Below, piece by piece: positions 53,159 through 63,490 of a DNA stretch of 64,000 nucleotides; within the stretch, counting starts at the first letter, position 1, and each line of letters opens with the position of its first letter. Source of the DNA: an uncultured Gemmatimonadaceae bacterium. GTDB taxonomy: Bacteria > Gemmatimonadota > Gemmatimonadetes > Gemmatimonadales > Gemmatimonadaceae. A program made the position numbers and the translations under genes. The notes beneath the pieces were generated by a model. It had not been told where the DNA came from. It worked only from the letters and a program-made list of their open reading frames with translations, and did no database searches. The stretch is from NCBI GenBank assembly GCA_963761305.1, contig CAVXGK010000002.1, positions 224,001 through 288,000 of the forward strand, given 5' to 3'.

Positions 53159-54172
53159 GTGCGCCGTTCGCCAAACGTGGTCTGCATCGCTCTCGTCGCG
53201 CTCGTGGCGACTTCACCCGTCGCCGCGGTCGCGCAGACACCGGCCGGAGCGCCGGCCGCGGGGGCGATGAGTCACGAGGATCTGATGACCTTCGCCAAAG
53301 CGCAGGTTGAGATCGGCGTCGCCCGGGACTCGATCGTCGTGAGACTGGCGTCGATTCGGAACACGAAGCCCGAGTCGCAGCAGGGCTTGCAGGACTCGCT
53401 CCGCGCGCAGATCGCGGAAATCCTGCACCACAACGGCCTGACCGAGGCGGATTACGAGCACAAGGTCTACCTGGTCAGCGTCGATCCGGGGATTCGAAGG
53501 GACTTCGACGCGATGGTGGCGCAGATCAGCGGCGTGCCGACGCCGGGACTGCTCCCGCCGCCGCCACCGCACGTGAACGTGATCCCGCCCGCCGACCTGC
53601 CTGCCGGCGCCGTCGGCACGCACATCGGCCACGTGATCAACGGGTTCAGCGACACGCCCAACGGCGACGGACTCCTGACGGTGGCGATCGCCGAGGCGAA
53701 GGTTGCGATCCAGCACGCCGGTCTCGCGGGACGACAGCCGGGGAATCTCGACGCGATGAAGCTGCACGCGGGGCACGTCATCAACGCCCTCGACCCCACG
53801 ATCGTGACGACGGGTCCGGGACTCGGCTATGGCCTCAAGAAGGCCGCGCTGGGTACGGCGACCCACATCGAGCTCGCCGCGAAGGCGCCGGGCGCGTCGC
53901 CCAACGTCACGATGCACGCCGGGCACATCGCTCAGGCCGCGAGGAACAGCGCGATGCGTGCGGACTCGGTGATCGCGATCGCCAAGCAGGTCCAAGCCTC
54001 GACGTCGGCCCCGGAAGCGGCGGCGCTGGTCAGCCGAATGGCGTCGATGTCGGAGCAGCTGATGGCCGGGTTCGACGCGAACGGCGACGGCCGCGTGACG
54101 CCGGACGAAGGCGGACTACAACTGGCGCTGGATCACGTCAAGCTGATGGTCGCGGGCGAGAAAAAATCGTAG
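53159..54172 (+). CDS. Exported protein: DUF4168-like N-domain plus His-rich helical C-domain
   Basis: Signal peptide; FAKA..EI...I...L..NGLT...Y; HIGH, HAGH x2; DANGDG loop. Confidence 0.65.
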   Translation: MRRSPNVVCIALVALVATSPVAAVAQTPAGAPAAGAMSHEDLMTFAKAQVEIGVARDSIVVRLASIRNTKPESQQGLQDSLRAQIAEILHHNGLTEADYEHKVYLVSVDPGIRRDFDAMVAQISGVPTPGLLPPPPPHVNVIPPADLPAGAVGTHIGHVINGFSDTPNGDGLLTVAIAEAKVAIQHAGLAGRQPGNLDAMKLHAGHVINALDPTIVTTGPGLGYGLKKAALGTATHIELAAKAPGASPNVTMHAGHIAQAARNSAMRADSVIAIAKQVQASTSAPEAAALVSRMASMSEQLMAGFDANGDGRVTPDEGGLQLALDHVKLMVAGEKKS

Positions 54173-54214
54173 AGACGTCTGACGTCAGACTTCTGACATC
54201 AGACGTCTGACATC
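54173..54214. repeat. 14-bp tandem repeat x3 (agacKtctgacRtc)
   Basis: Read directly between convergent genes. Confidence 0.8.
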
Positions 54215-54238
54215 TGTCCGCCGGACCGACCGGTCCGC

Positions 54239-54490
54239 CTAGTCGTCGTGACTCGCCTCGTACTCTCTTTGAGCGCGCGTGCGATCCGACGCCTGCTGCG
54301 CGTCACGGCGTTTGGCGGCACGCATCGCGAGGGCCTTGGTCGATTCCGACTTCACGCGCGGCATCGACAGCAAGCGCTCGGCGTCTTCCGACTGGCACTC
54401 CGGACACGTCGGAAGCTTGGAAGACGAACCGCGCGTGAGGGCCTCGAACTCGTGCCCGCACGCGCGGCATACATAGTCGAAAATCGGCAT
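54239..54490 (-). CDS. FmdB-family zinc-ribbon protein
   Basis: MPIFDYVCRACGHEFE...CPEC.S. Confidence 0.9.
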   Translation of the reverse strand: MPIFDYVCRACGHEFEALTRGSSSKLPTCPECQSEDAERLLSMPRVKSESTKALAMRAAKRRDAQQASDRTRAQREYEASHDD

Positions 54491-54508
54491 CGAACTGCTA
54501 GGCGTCCG

Positions 54509-56614
54509 TCAGCAGGAGACGCAGTGGTGCTGGTTCTTCGCGCCGAGCTTCTCGAGCAGCGCGATCGTTTCGGGGTAGGGCCGCAGGCGTTGCACCGGCC
54601 CGTTCGCCATGTCCACCGTCGTGTGTCCGTCGCGCGAAACGGCCCGCGGGTCGGCGCCGTGTGCGACGAGGTATAGGATCATCTCGTTGTCGCCACGCGC
54701 GGCGGCTTGGTGTAGAGGCGTATAGCCGCGCACGTCGCGCTGGTTCACGTCGGCGTGCAGTTCCTCGACGAGGTAGCGCACCGCCGGCATCCAGCCGTCG
54801 GGCGCGTGCCGGTGCGAGTTGCCGGCAAACCCGTTGCCGTAGCCCTCGCCCGCCGCGGCGTCAATCGGGTAGACGCCAAGACCGACGGGCGCCGCCTTGG
54901 CGGCTGAGTCGATCGCGGGATCGAGAATCGGCGCAGCCCCACGCCCGCCACCGCCGCCTCCCCCCCCACCACGGCCGGCGAACTGCGCGGCGCGCGTCGC
55001 GGAGTCGAACGCGGCGATGTCTCCGGGCGGCGCACCGCGCGCGGCACCGCCGCCGCCACGGCCACCGCGACCACCGCGGCCGCCACCTTGCGGCGCGCGA
55101 ATCGCCGGGATGTTCGGATCGGCGCCGTACTGCACGAGCAGCTTCATCGCGTCGACGTCCACGGCGTACGCCGCACGCCAGAACGCCGTCGAGCCGTCGA
55201 GATACTCGAGACCGCAGTTCGCGTTGCCGCAGTTGTTGAACGCGAAGTACCACGGCTGCGTGCCGAGCTTGGTGTTGACGTCGGCCTTGGCGTCGAGGAG
55301 CGCCTTCATGACATCGAGATACGTCGCCTTCTGGTTCTGAATCGCCTGCGGCTGCGGATAGCGCGACTTGGGGGCCCACTGCGTGTTGATCGTGGCGTAG
55401 AGCGGCGTCATGCCCACGTTGCTGGCGATGTTCGGATTGGCGCCGCGCTGCACGAGCAGCATGGCGACGTCGAACTGGCCGTTGATCGCGGCGATGAGAA
55501 GCGGCGTCGTGTGATCGACGCGGCTTGTGTCGTTGATGTCGGCGCCACCGTCGAGCAGCGCGCGCGCCGCTTCGACGTTGCCTTGGCGCGCGGCGTGATG
55601 CAGGGCGGTGAATCCGCCCACGCCGCCCACCGTCCCGTTGTAGCCGGCGACGCCGCCGTTCAGCGTGTCGACTTCCTCGGTCACTTGTGCGTTGGCGGCG
55701 GGACGCGCCGCTTCCGCGAGACGGCCGGAGTCGATCGCGGCTTCAATCTCGGCCGCGGTGAAGGGACCCTTGGGCTGCGGTCCGCCGCCACGCCCTCCGC
55801 CTCCGCCTCCGCCACCACCACGCCGCGCAAAACCAGCGGCAGCCGGACCCGCCTCGGCCGCGGCGATCGAGTCGGCGTGGGCCAGCGCCTTTGCCGCGGC
55901 CGCGACCGAGTCACGGCGCGACTGCGGTTCGAACGCGATGAGCACTTCGTTCCGTTTCTTCGTTCCGGCCTGATCGCGCGCCGCGTCTTCCTGCAGGTTC
56001 ATGACGTTCGAACGCAGCGTGGGATCGGCGCCCTTCGCGAGCAAGACCTTGATGGCCGACGCCCGATTGTTCTCGGCGGCGAAGAAGAGCGGCGTCTGAC
56101 CCCACTCGTTTTCTCGTGCGTTCGGGTTCGCGCCTTTCTCGAGCAACGCCGACACGGCATCCGGATTTCCGGCCGCGGCCGCGAGGTGCAGTGCCGTGGC
56201 ACCGCTAGCGTCGGGACGATTGGGATCGGCGCCGGCCGCGAGGAGCGCTTTCACGACGACCGGAGAGCCTGAGCGGCTCGCCAATTCCAGCGGCGTATAT
56301 GAGCCGATGCGCGTCGTCGCCTTCACGTTCGCGTGGGCGCGCAGCAATGTGCTGGTCATGGCCGAATCGCCGTGCTCCGCCGCCCAATGCAGGGCGGTCA
56401 TGCCGTCGCCTTCGGGCACGTTCACGTCGGCGCCCTGAGCGATCAGCTTTTTCATCGTCGCCGCATCTCTGTCTTTCGCGGCGTCGGCGACCGCCGGCGT
56501 GTGCGCCGGCGGGAGCGGGAGCGTGACTTTTCCGCGCGTGTCCTTCTGTTGCGCGAAGCCCTGTGCGCTCACCGCGACGAGCAGCGACGCACCGAGCAGG
56601 CTGATTCGTTTCAT
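54509..56614 (-). CDS. Exported ankyrin-repeat protein
   Basis: Signal peptide; multiple TALH/TPL...GADVN repeats; Gly/Arg linkers. Confidence 0.9.
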   Translation of the reverse strand: MKRISLLGASLLVAVSAQGFAQQKDTRGKVTLPLPPAHTPAVADAAKDRDAATMKKLIAQGADVNVPEGDGMTALHWAAEHGDSAMTSTLLRAHANVKATTRIGSYTPLELASRSGSPVVVKALLAAGADPNRPDASGATALHLAAAAGNPDAVSALLEKGANPNARENEWGQTPLFFAAENNRASAIKVLLAKGADPTLRSNVMNLQEDAARDQAGTKKRNEVLIAFEPQSRRDSVAAAAKALAHADSIAAAEAGPAAAGFARRGGGGGGGGGRGGGPQPKGPFTAAEIEAAIDSGRLAEAARPAANAQVTEEVDTLNGGVAGYNGTVGGVGGFTALHHAARQGNVEAARALLDGGADINDTSRVDHTTPLLIAAINGQFDVAMLLVQRGANPNIASNVGMTPLYATINTQWAPKSRYPQPQAIQNQKATYLDVMKALLDAKADVNTKLGTQPWYFAFNNCGNANCGLEYLDGSTAFWRAAYAVDVDAMKLLVQYGADPNIPAIRAPQGGGRGGRGGRGGGGAARGAPPGDIAAFDSATRAAQFAGRGGGGGGGGGRGAAPILDPAIDSAAKAAPVGLGVYPIDAAAGEGYGNGFAGNSHRHAPDGWMPAVRYLVEELHADVNQRDVRGYTPLHQAAARGDNEMILYLVAHGADPRAVSRDGHTTVDMANGPVQRLRPYPETIALLEKLGAKNQHHCVSC

Positions 56615-56626
56615 GCCGCGTCCTCC

Positions 56627-58028
56627 TCAGACGCTGAGTGCGAACTCACCCGTGCTGTCGCCGAAGCTCTTCACGTCGTCCATCCCAGCCTGTGCATCAG
56701 CGTGAGGAACACGTTGGCCATCGGCGTGCCGTCGGGCGCCTTGAGGTGCGTCTCGCCGGCGATGCGTCCGTTGCCGTGTCCGAGCACCAGGAGCGGGCAG
56801 CGACGATGATTGTGGATGTTGCCGTCGGCCATCGGCGAGCCGTACATGATCATCGTCTGCTCGAGCAGGCTCTGCTCGCCGTCCATCGTGTTCGCGAGCT
56901 TGTCGAGGAAGTACGGCAGCATGCTCACGTGGTAGCGATTGATCTTGTTGAAGTCGAGGATCGCCGACTCGCGGCCGCCGTGGTGCGACGCCGGGTGGAA
57001 GCCCTTGTCGGTGCCGCTCTCCGGAGATTGCGCGGCTCGACGCATCGCGGCCCGTCTTGAACGAGAACACGCGCGTCATGTCCGACTGGAACGCCAGCAC
57101 CTGGAAGTCGAACATCAGCTTCATGTGTTCGGCGAACGAATCCGGCACGCCGACCGGCGCCTCCGGCAGCTCGCGCGCCTCACCGCTCGAGTTGCGCGCC
57201 TCGACGGCCTGGATGCGGCGCTCGAGCTCGCGAATGTCCTGGAGATACTTGTCGAGCCGCTGCTGATCCGACGGACCGAGTTGGCGCTTCAGAGAATTCG
57301 TCTCGCCGGTGATCCAATCGAGAATGCTCTGATTCGCCTTGCGGCGCGACATGCGGTCGGCGTTGTTGTTGCCCGCGCCGAACAGCAGATCGAACGCCAT
57401 GCGCGGATTGCGGATCATCGGCAGCGGCTCGCTCGGGCTCGCCCAGCTGATCGTGTCCGTGTATGCGCACGCGTAGTTGTAGTAGCAGCCGCCGGCCTGG
57501 TCGAGATTCTCGATGCAGAGCTGCATCGACGGGATCGCCGCGTCGCCGCCGATGTGGCGCGCGATCAGCTGATCCATCGACGTGCCGACGTAGAGATCCG
57601 AGCCCTGGGTCTGCTTCGGGTGCGACTGCGTAAGGAACACGGCGCTCGACCGGAAGTGGTCGCCGCCGATCTCCGGCGCGTCGAACGCTTCGGCCATGCG
57701 CGTGTCGGTGTTGCTGACGATCGTGAGATGCTTGCGCCACGGCTCGAGCGGAATCAGCGCGCCGTCGGGATTGAGCACGAAATCCTTCCCGGTCGCCGGC
57801 GGGCGCCCAGAGGTTCTTGGACGCGCCCCAGATGTTGCTGCCGGCCGCGCCGTGCACCGACTCGATGGCGACGAACCGCGTCTTGCCGCCGGGCGCCGCG
57901 GCGACAGACCGCTTGGTCAGCGCGCCGAGTGTCGGCACCATCGCGTCGAGGTAGGGCAGTGCGACGGCCGCGCCCAGTCCGCGAAGGAACGTCCGCCGGG
58001 GCAACGCCTTTCCAGTGAGGATCTCCAT
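56627..58028 (-). CDS. DUF1552 protein (Tat-like N-terminus); several frameshifts
   Basis: LPRRTFLRG.G..VALP.LDAM, GDH, SMDQ, YTDTISW, FHPASHH, GNIH...P. Confidence 0.85.
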
Positions 58029-58054
58029 GGTCCGCCTTCCCCCGAGTCGGGTTG

Positions 58055-60568
58055 TTAGTGCTTCTCTTTGGTGTCCGTCACGACCGCTGCGTCTTCTGCG
58101 CGCTTCATCCTGAACGCATCACTCCGCACGACCCCATTCACGAACGACGAGAAACGGTAGTCGCTGCGTCTCAGCCTGCTTGGCGATGGCGCGGATCGTG
58201 GGCTGGTCGAAGTCCTCGACGCGGCGCCCGAGCGCGTATGCCATCAGGTTCTCGGTGAACGCACGCACGAGCGGGATCGGCCGCTTGAGCAGCGCGTTCG
58301 TCAGATCGACGGGCGTCTGGATCGGCGTGCCGTCGTACAGGTTGCCGCGCGTGTCGAGCAGCATCGCCGTTCTCGCGATACCGCCATTTGCCGGTGACGT
58401 CGAAGTTGTCCAGCGCGAGGCCGATCGGGTCCATGTACTGGTGGCACGCGTTGCACGTCGGATTCGTGCGATGGATCTCCATCCGCTCGCGCGTCGTGAG
58501 CGGATGGCCGTCCTTGCCGTCCTGCGGTCTCGTCGAGCGTCGGAACGTTCGGCGGCGGCGGCGGCGGCGGCATGCCGATCAGCACTTCCATCACCCACTT
58601 GCCGCGCAGCACCGGCGACGTGCGATTCGGCGAGCGACGTCTGCACGAGAGAGCTGCCCTGGCCGAGCAGGCCGCGCCGCGTGCTCGTCCGGATACTCGA
58701 CGCGGCGGAAGTCGGGGCCCGACACGTTCGGAATGCCGTAGTGGCGCGCGAGCCGCTCGTTCACGTACGTGTAGTTCGCGTTGAAGAACGTCGAGGATGC
58801 TCTTGTCGTTGCGCACGACGTCCTGGAAGAACAGCTCCGTCTCGCGACGCATCGTCGTCGGCGAGCTGCTGGTCGTAGTCCGGGAAGAGGAATGCGTCCG
58901 GATGAACCTTGTCGAGGTCCTGCAGCCGCAGCCACTGATCGGCGAACCGCGTCGCCAGCGCGCTCGGCTCGCGGATCGGCCAGCATGCGGTGCACCTGCG
59001 CGGTCGAGCGTTTTCGGGTCGGACAGCTTCTTCTGCTCGGCCGCCTTGAGCAGTTCGTCGTCCGGGATGCTGCCCCAGATGAAGAACGACAGCCGCGACG
59101 CGAGGTCGAGGTCGCTGATCTGATAGTTCTGGCCGGGCGCCACGTTCGCCGGCACCGGCTCGAATCGGAACACGAAGTACGGGCTGGACAGAATCGCCTG
59201 CAGCGCCGACCGGATGCCTTCTTCGAAGCCGCCGCTCTTGGCGCCCTCGGTGTAGAAGTTCATCAGGCCGTCGCGGTCGTGCTTGGTGAGCGGCCGGCGA
59301 TACGCGCGCGTGCCGAGTCGATCGACGATCTGTTCGGCGCAGGCGTGCTCGGACAGCGTCTTGGACGGGTGGCACGAGAAGATCAGGCGGCGGCTCTTCG
59401 AATCCGAGATGCCGGTGATCTTCGAGGGGCCGATGACCGTCAACTCCATGAGGTGCGGTGGCGTCGTCGTGCCGGCGCTCGCGTTGCCATTCGACGCCAT
59501 CGACCAATCGTGCGGCCGAATGAGATCCTCGTAGGGACCATCCGTGCGGCGCACGAACGCGGCCGACACGAGCTGCTGGCCGGCCTTCACCGGAATCGGA
59601 TCGCTGACGTAGAGGTCTGCGCCGAGTGGCGCGTCGGCGGACGCCGCCGTCCGGTTCACGCCCTTTTCGTAGTGAAAGAGCGACGCGCGCTGGCCGTCGA
59701 TCGAGATGTCGACGTCCTCGAGGTGCGTGCCGACGCCGCCTTCGATCACCATGCGGAACTGATAGAGGCCGTCGGCGGGGAACACGTAGTTGGCGACGAT
59801 CCCGCCGCGCGTGCCGAAGGGCGCACCCTCGACGTGATCCCACGGATGCTGCGACGCGAACGGCGAGGACTTGTACGTCGTCTGCGTGAGCGCCGCGTTC
59901 TTGTCGCCCAGCGCGAGCCGGCTCACCGACGACGCGGCGTTGAGGTACGCGTCCAGCAACGTCGGCGAGAGGATCTGCGCGTCGGCGATGTTGTCGAAGT
60001 TCGCGCTCTTGGTGTCGAGCGGCAGCCAGTCGCCGGCACTCACCTCGAGGCCGATGAGGTCGCGCACGGAGTTCTCGTACTCGGCGCGATTGAGACGCTG
60101 GAACGTGCGCGTGCCCGGATTGGGCTTGGCGGCGCGATCGATGACTTGTTCGATCGTCGCGACCAGCTGCGTCAGCGTGTCGCCTCCCGGACGCGGCGCG
60201 CCCGGGAGCGGCATCATCTCGGTGCGCAGCTTCTTGATCATCTTTTCCGACGCCGCCCACCGCGAAGGCGCGGCCGCGACGTCGTAGTGCTCTAATGAGA
60301 GATTGCCGACCATCATCTGGTCGTTGTGGCAATCGGTGCAGTATTGATCGACGACCGCGTTCAGGGCGCTGATCGGAATCGTCGGCGCGGGGCCGGGACG
60401 AGTCGCGTGGCGCGGTGGCTTCGCCGGATGTCTTGGACGAGGTGTTTCGTGCGACGTGTTGGGCCGCAAGTAGTTAGGGGCTCGTGTCCCCGTCGCGGTG
60501 CCGACCGAAAAGGCCACCGCGGCACTCACCGCCGCAACCGATGCAAACACGATCTTCATGCTCGACAA
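58055..60568 (-). CDS. Cytochrome c / DUF1587-1595-1592-1588-1585 (PSD) protein; several frameshifts in the 3' third
   Basis: CTDCH, RLNRAEYENS.RDL, RAYRRP, SPYFVFR, LASRLSFF.W.S.PD, SPVLRGKW, CNACH..MDPIG, L..YALGR. Confidence 0.88.
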
Positions 60569-60757
60569 TCTCCCGGAAGGGCCGGTTTGTCGCGTCGTTG
60601 TGTCGTGCGGCTACGCGTATGTCCAGTGGTCGCCAACGCTCGACAACGGGGGTGGGAGGCCCCGACGTCAAGATGCATACGCACCAACACTATCAAGCGT
60701 TTAGCCCCTCTTGGCAACCCTTGACCCGTCATCTATCCCGCGGCCGAGCTCCCTGGC

Positions 60758-60796
60758 AAAGAAAGAGGCGCCCGGCCGGCTGGCCGAGCGCCTCCT
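60758..60796 (-). terminator. Intrinsic terminator
   Basis: gaggcgc...gcgcctc hairpin with a U-rich tail on the minus strand. Confidence 0.6.
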
Positions 60797-60840
60797 GTCC
60801 ACTCGTCCCTCGGGCGTGTTCGCCCCGGACGGTAACTCGA

Positions 60841-61527
60841 TCAACCGCCGCCGGTGCAGTAGGTGCAGTTTTTTTCCTGCGCGCGGTTCACTCCCCACGT
60901 TCCGGACGGGATGAGCGGGATGCCCGGGATCAGGTTCGCCGCCCACTCCTTGGCCGCGGCCTCCTTGGTCACCTTGGCGTTGGCGGCAAACTCGGCGCTC
61001 AGGAACTGGAGCGCGACGTTGCAGGCGCCGAAGATGGTGCCCTTCGCCATGAGCTTGTCGATCGCCATGTCGTCGATCGGCAGCGAGCCCGGTTTGGGCT
61101 TGTACATGAGGTTCTTCGTGGCCGGCGCCTTGGTCCCCCCGTCCGTGAACTTGATGCCTTCGCCGATCTTGTACTTCGCCCACATGGCGTCGTTCAACGC
61201 GAACGGCATCGCGAAATGACGGAGCACCATCACCGTCCCGACCTGCGCCGGCGGTGGCTGGACGAGGTAGAACGAAAACACGAACGCAAACGGGAAGCCC
61301 TCATTGGGCTGGTAGGCGTCGACGAGCTGCTTGTGCGTGCCCTTCAACCCGTCGAGCCAATGCTCCGGGTCGGCAGCCCCATTCGCGCGAGCCTCGGCCC
61401 AAGCTTCCCACGGATCGATCGCCGAGGCGAGGGTCAACCCCGCCGCTCCCGCTCCCGCTGCCGCAAGCTTCCCGAAAAACGCGCGCCTGCCCTGGTTGTC
61501 CGACTCGGTCGGTGGACGATCGTGCAT
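60841..61527 (-). CDS. Tat-exported DsrE-like protein
   Basis: GRRAFF Tat motif; VLRH, GACNVAL, RAQE, C-terminal CTYC. Confidence 0.7.
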   Translation of the reverse strand: MHDRPPTESDNQGRRAFFGKLAAAGAGAAGLTLASAIDPWEAWAEARANGAADPEHWLDGLKGTHKQLVDAYQPNEGFPFAFVFSFYLVQPPPAQVGTVMVLRHFAMPFALNDAMWAKYKIGEGIKFTDGGTKAPATKNLMYKPKPGSLPIDDMAIDKLMAKGTIFGACNVALQFLSAEFAANAKVTKEAAAKEWAANLIPGIPLIPSGTWGVNRAQEKNCTYCTGGG

Positions 61528-61651
61528 GCTTCCTCCCCGGCGCGCTGGCGCCGCTGTGGTGGGTGGTTCCTTCAGCACGTCAGAGCAAAACCGAAGTGAC
61601 TTGGACCGCGGACAGCCCGTCCCCCGGCCCCCGACTCAGTACGACCCGCGA

Positions 61652-62623
61652 CTACGCCGGCTTCAGCTCGCGGTACCACGCCTCGAACGCACGCTGATAG
61701 AAGATCTTGTTGAAGAGCGTCCACTCTCCGAGAGACGGCGGCAGCGAGAACTTTGCGCCGAGATCCGCGGGTGTCGTTCCGGCCGCGAGTCCGGCGCGCG
61801 CTGCGTGTTCGACCTCGTCGAGCATCGACACGTAGCGATCGTACTCCGCACCGCGACCCAGCGGCCCGTGTCCCGGCACGTAGAGCGTGTCGCGCGTGCG
61901 GCGCAGGGCGCGGACCGAGCTTGCGAGCTTGGTTGGAATCGCGTCGACGAAGTTCGGAAACATGGCATTCCAAAACAGATCCCCCGCAAAAACGATCGAG
62001 GGCTCGTCGAGTTCCAACGAGATATCGCTTTCAGTGTGCCCGAGTCGCGGCACGACGTGGACGACGCGGCCGCCCAAGTCGAAACTGGTCGGTTCGGTGG
62101 CGGTGATCAGCACCGAATCGCGAACCGCGGCGCCGCGCGACGCATCATCCGGCTTGTTGCGCTCGATCACCAGGTCGCGAGTGCGCGCGGTCGCGCGCAC
62201 GACGGGATGGTCGTTCTCCGTGAGATATCCGGCGACCCCGTTCGCGTGGTCCGAGTGATAGTGCGTGAGCGCGACGTGTGTCGGCCATCGCCCCGTGAGC
62301 TCGCGCGATTTGCCGGCGAGCCACTGCGCGCCTGCCGGTTTGTTGAAGCCCTCGATCGCGAGGACGGCGTTGCGGCCAACGATGATGCCGCCGTTGGACA
62401 CGGTCGTACTGTCGCCGTTGAGCGGCGTCGAGACGAGAGCCCACACACCGTCGGTGATGCGCTCGAGGTTGCCGAACGGTTCGCGCGCGACGCTGCGCGA
62501 GGTAGACGCGGACCAGAGCGACTCGGCAGCCGCGGGCATGACTCCGGCAGCGAGCGCCAGATGCGCCGCGCACGAGCCTGATTGAGCAAGGAACTCACGG
62601 CGGCTGACGCTCGAATCTGTCAT
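61652..62623 (-). CDS. Tat-exported metallo-beta-lactamase-fold hydrolase
   Basis: SRREFL; THYHSDHANG; GHT; FAGDL; VPGHG. Confidence 0.9.
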   Translation of the reverse strand: MTDSSVSRREFLAQSGSCAAHLALAAGVMPAAAESLWSASTSRSVAREPFGNLERITDGVWALVSTPLNGDSTTVSNGGIIVGRNAVLAIEGFNKPAGAQWLAGKSRELTGRWPTHVALTHYHSDHANGVAGYLTENDHPVVRATARTRDLVIERNKPDDASRGAAVRDSVLITATEPTSFDLGGRVVHVVPRLGHTESDISLELDEPSIVFAGDLFWNAMFPNFVDAIPTKLASSVRALRRTRDTLYVPGHGPLGRGAEYDRYVSMLDEVEHAARAGLAAGTTPADLGAKFSLPPSLGEWTLFNKIFYQRAFEAWYRELKPA

Positions 62624-62842
62624 CTATGTGCTCGTGCGCGATTTCGTGGCTCGCGAGTGACCAAGCCGAACTACGTCGTTCGGCCAATTGCTCGACGCAC
62701 GAAGTCTCGCAAGTCAAGGCTCGGCGGGCAACTGAGCGCGGCGTGCTCAACCGAAGCTTCGGGTCCCTCGCGACGACGTGGGCGTACGAATTGCCTTGTC
62801 TTGGCGTCATTCAATTCACGTCGGTTACACGGAGGAGTTTGG

Positions 62843-63484
62843 ATGACGCGATACATGGCAATCACTTTGGGCGTGCTCGTTGGCGCGGCGGCGTGCGCGA
62901 CTGGCACGCGCGTCGAGTCCGCCGGCGAAGTCGCGCCGGCGACGCCGCGAACGGGAGCGGTGCTCCCAGCGGGCACAACGATGCGAGTTCGTCTGAACGA
63001 ATCAGTTGGTACGACGACCAGTCACGAAGGCGACCAGTTCACCGCGACGGTCGTCGAGAACGTCGTGGCGGAGAACGGCGTGGCCGCGGTGCCGGAGGGC
63101 TCGATGCTCTTCGGGCGTGTCACGGGAGTGCACCATTCGTCGATCGAGAACGAGCACTCGGTGATCCGCCTCGCATTTGACAGTATCCGCGTTCGCGGAA
63201 ACAGCTATCCGTTCGACGCCAGCATTACGAACGTCAACGTCGACCAAGAGGTGACGGATCCGACGAAGGCGTCGGTGGCCAAGGACGCGGGCGTCGGCGC
63301 GATCGCCGGCGCGGCGTTCGGCGCGATCCTCGGCGGCGCCGAGCTGTCGAAGATCATCACCGGCGGTTTGTTGGGCGCGGCGGCCGGCACGGTCGTCTCG
63401 CTTGGAACGGGAACCACGCAGTCGGTGATTCCGTCCGGCACGCACATGACCGTTCGTTCGGTCGAAGTCGTGCGGATGCGATAG
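62843..63484 (+). CDS. Lipoprotein with VirB10-like beta domain and glycine zipper
   Basis: GGAGGAG RBS; lipobox AAAC; LPAGT...RL...GD.F.A.V; GAIAGAAFGAILGG. Confidence 0.72.
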   Translation: MTRYMAITLGVLVGAAACATGTRVESAGEVAPATPRTGAVLPAGTTMRVRLNESVGTTTSHEGDQFTATVVENVVAENGVAAVPEGSMLFGRVTGVHHSSIENEHSVIRLAFDSIRVRGNSYPFDASITNVNVDQEVTDPTKASVAKDAGVGAIAGAAFGAILGGAELSKIITGGLLGAAAGTVVSLGTGTTQSVIPSGTHMTVRSVEVVRMR

Positions 63485-63490
63485 CGCCGT

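Noticed and set aside
54490..54511. Ankyrin TGA after CVSC is in frame with the FmdB start (selenocysteine/read-through fusion)
   Set aside because: One-in-three chance of being in frame, no evident SECIS hairpin, and FmdB has its own canonical MP start
2700..59010. Frameshifts in asnB, amt, oxidoreductase, qhpD, qhpB, qhpF, DUF1552 and DUF1592 as programmed frameshifting or pseudogenes
   Set aside because: Single-base indels in otherwise intact genes, with no slippery heptamers or in-frame stops seen; best explained as long-read errors, pending polishing
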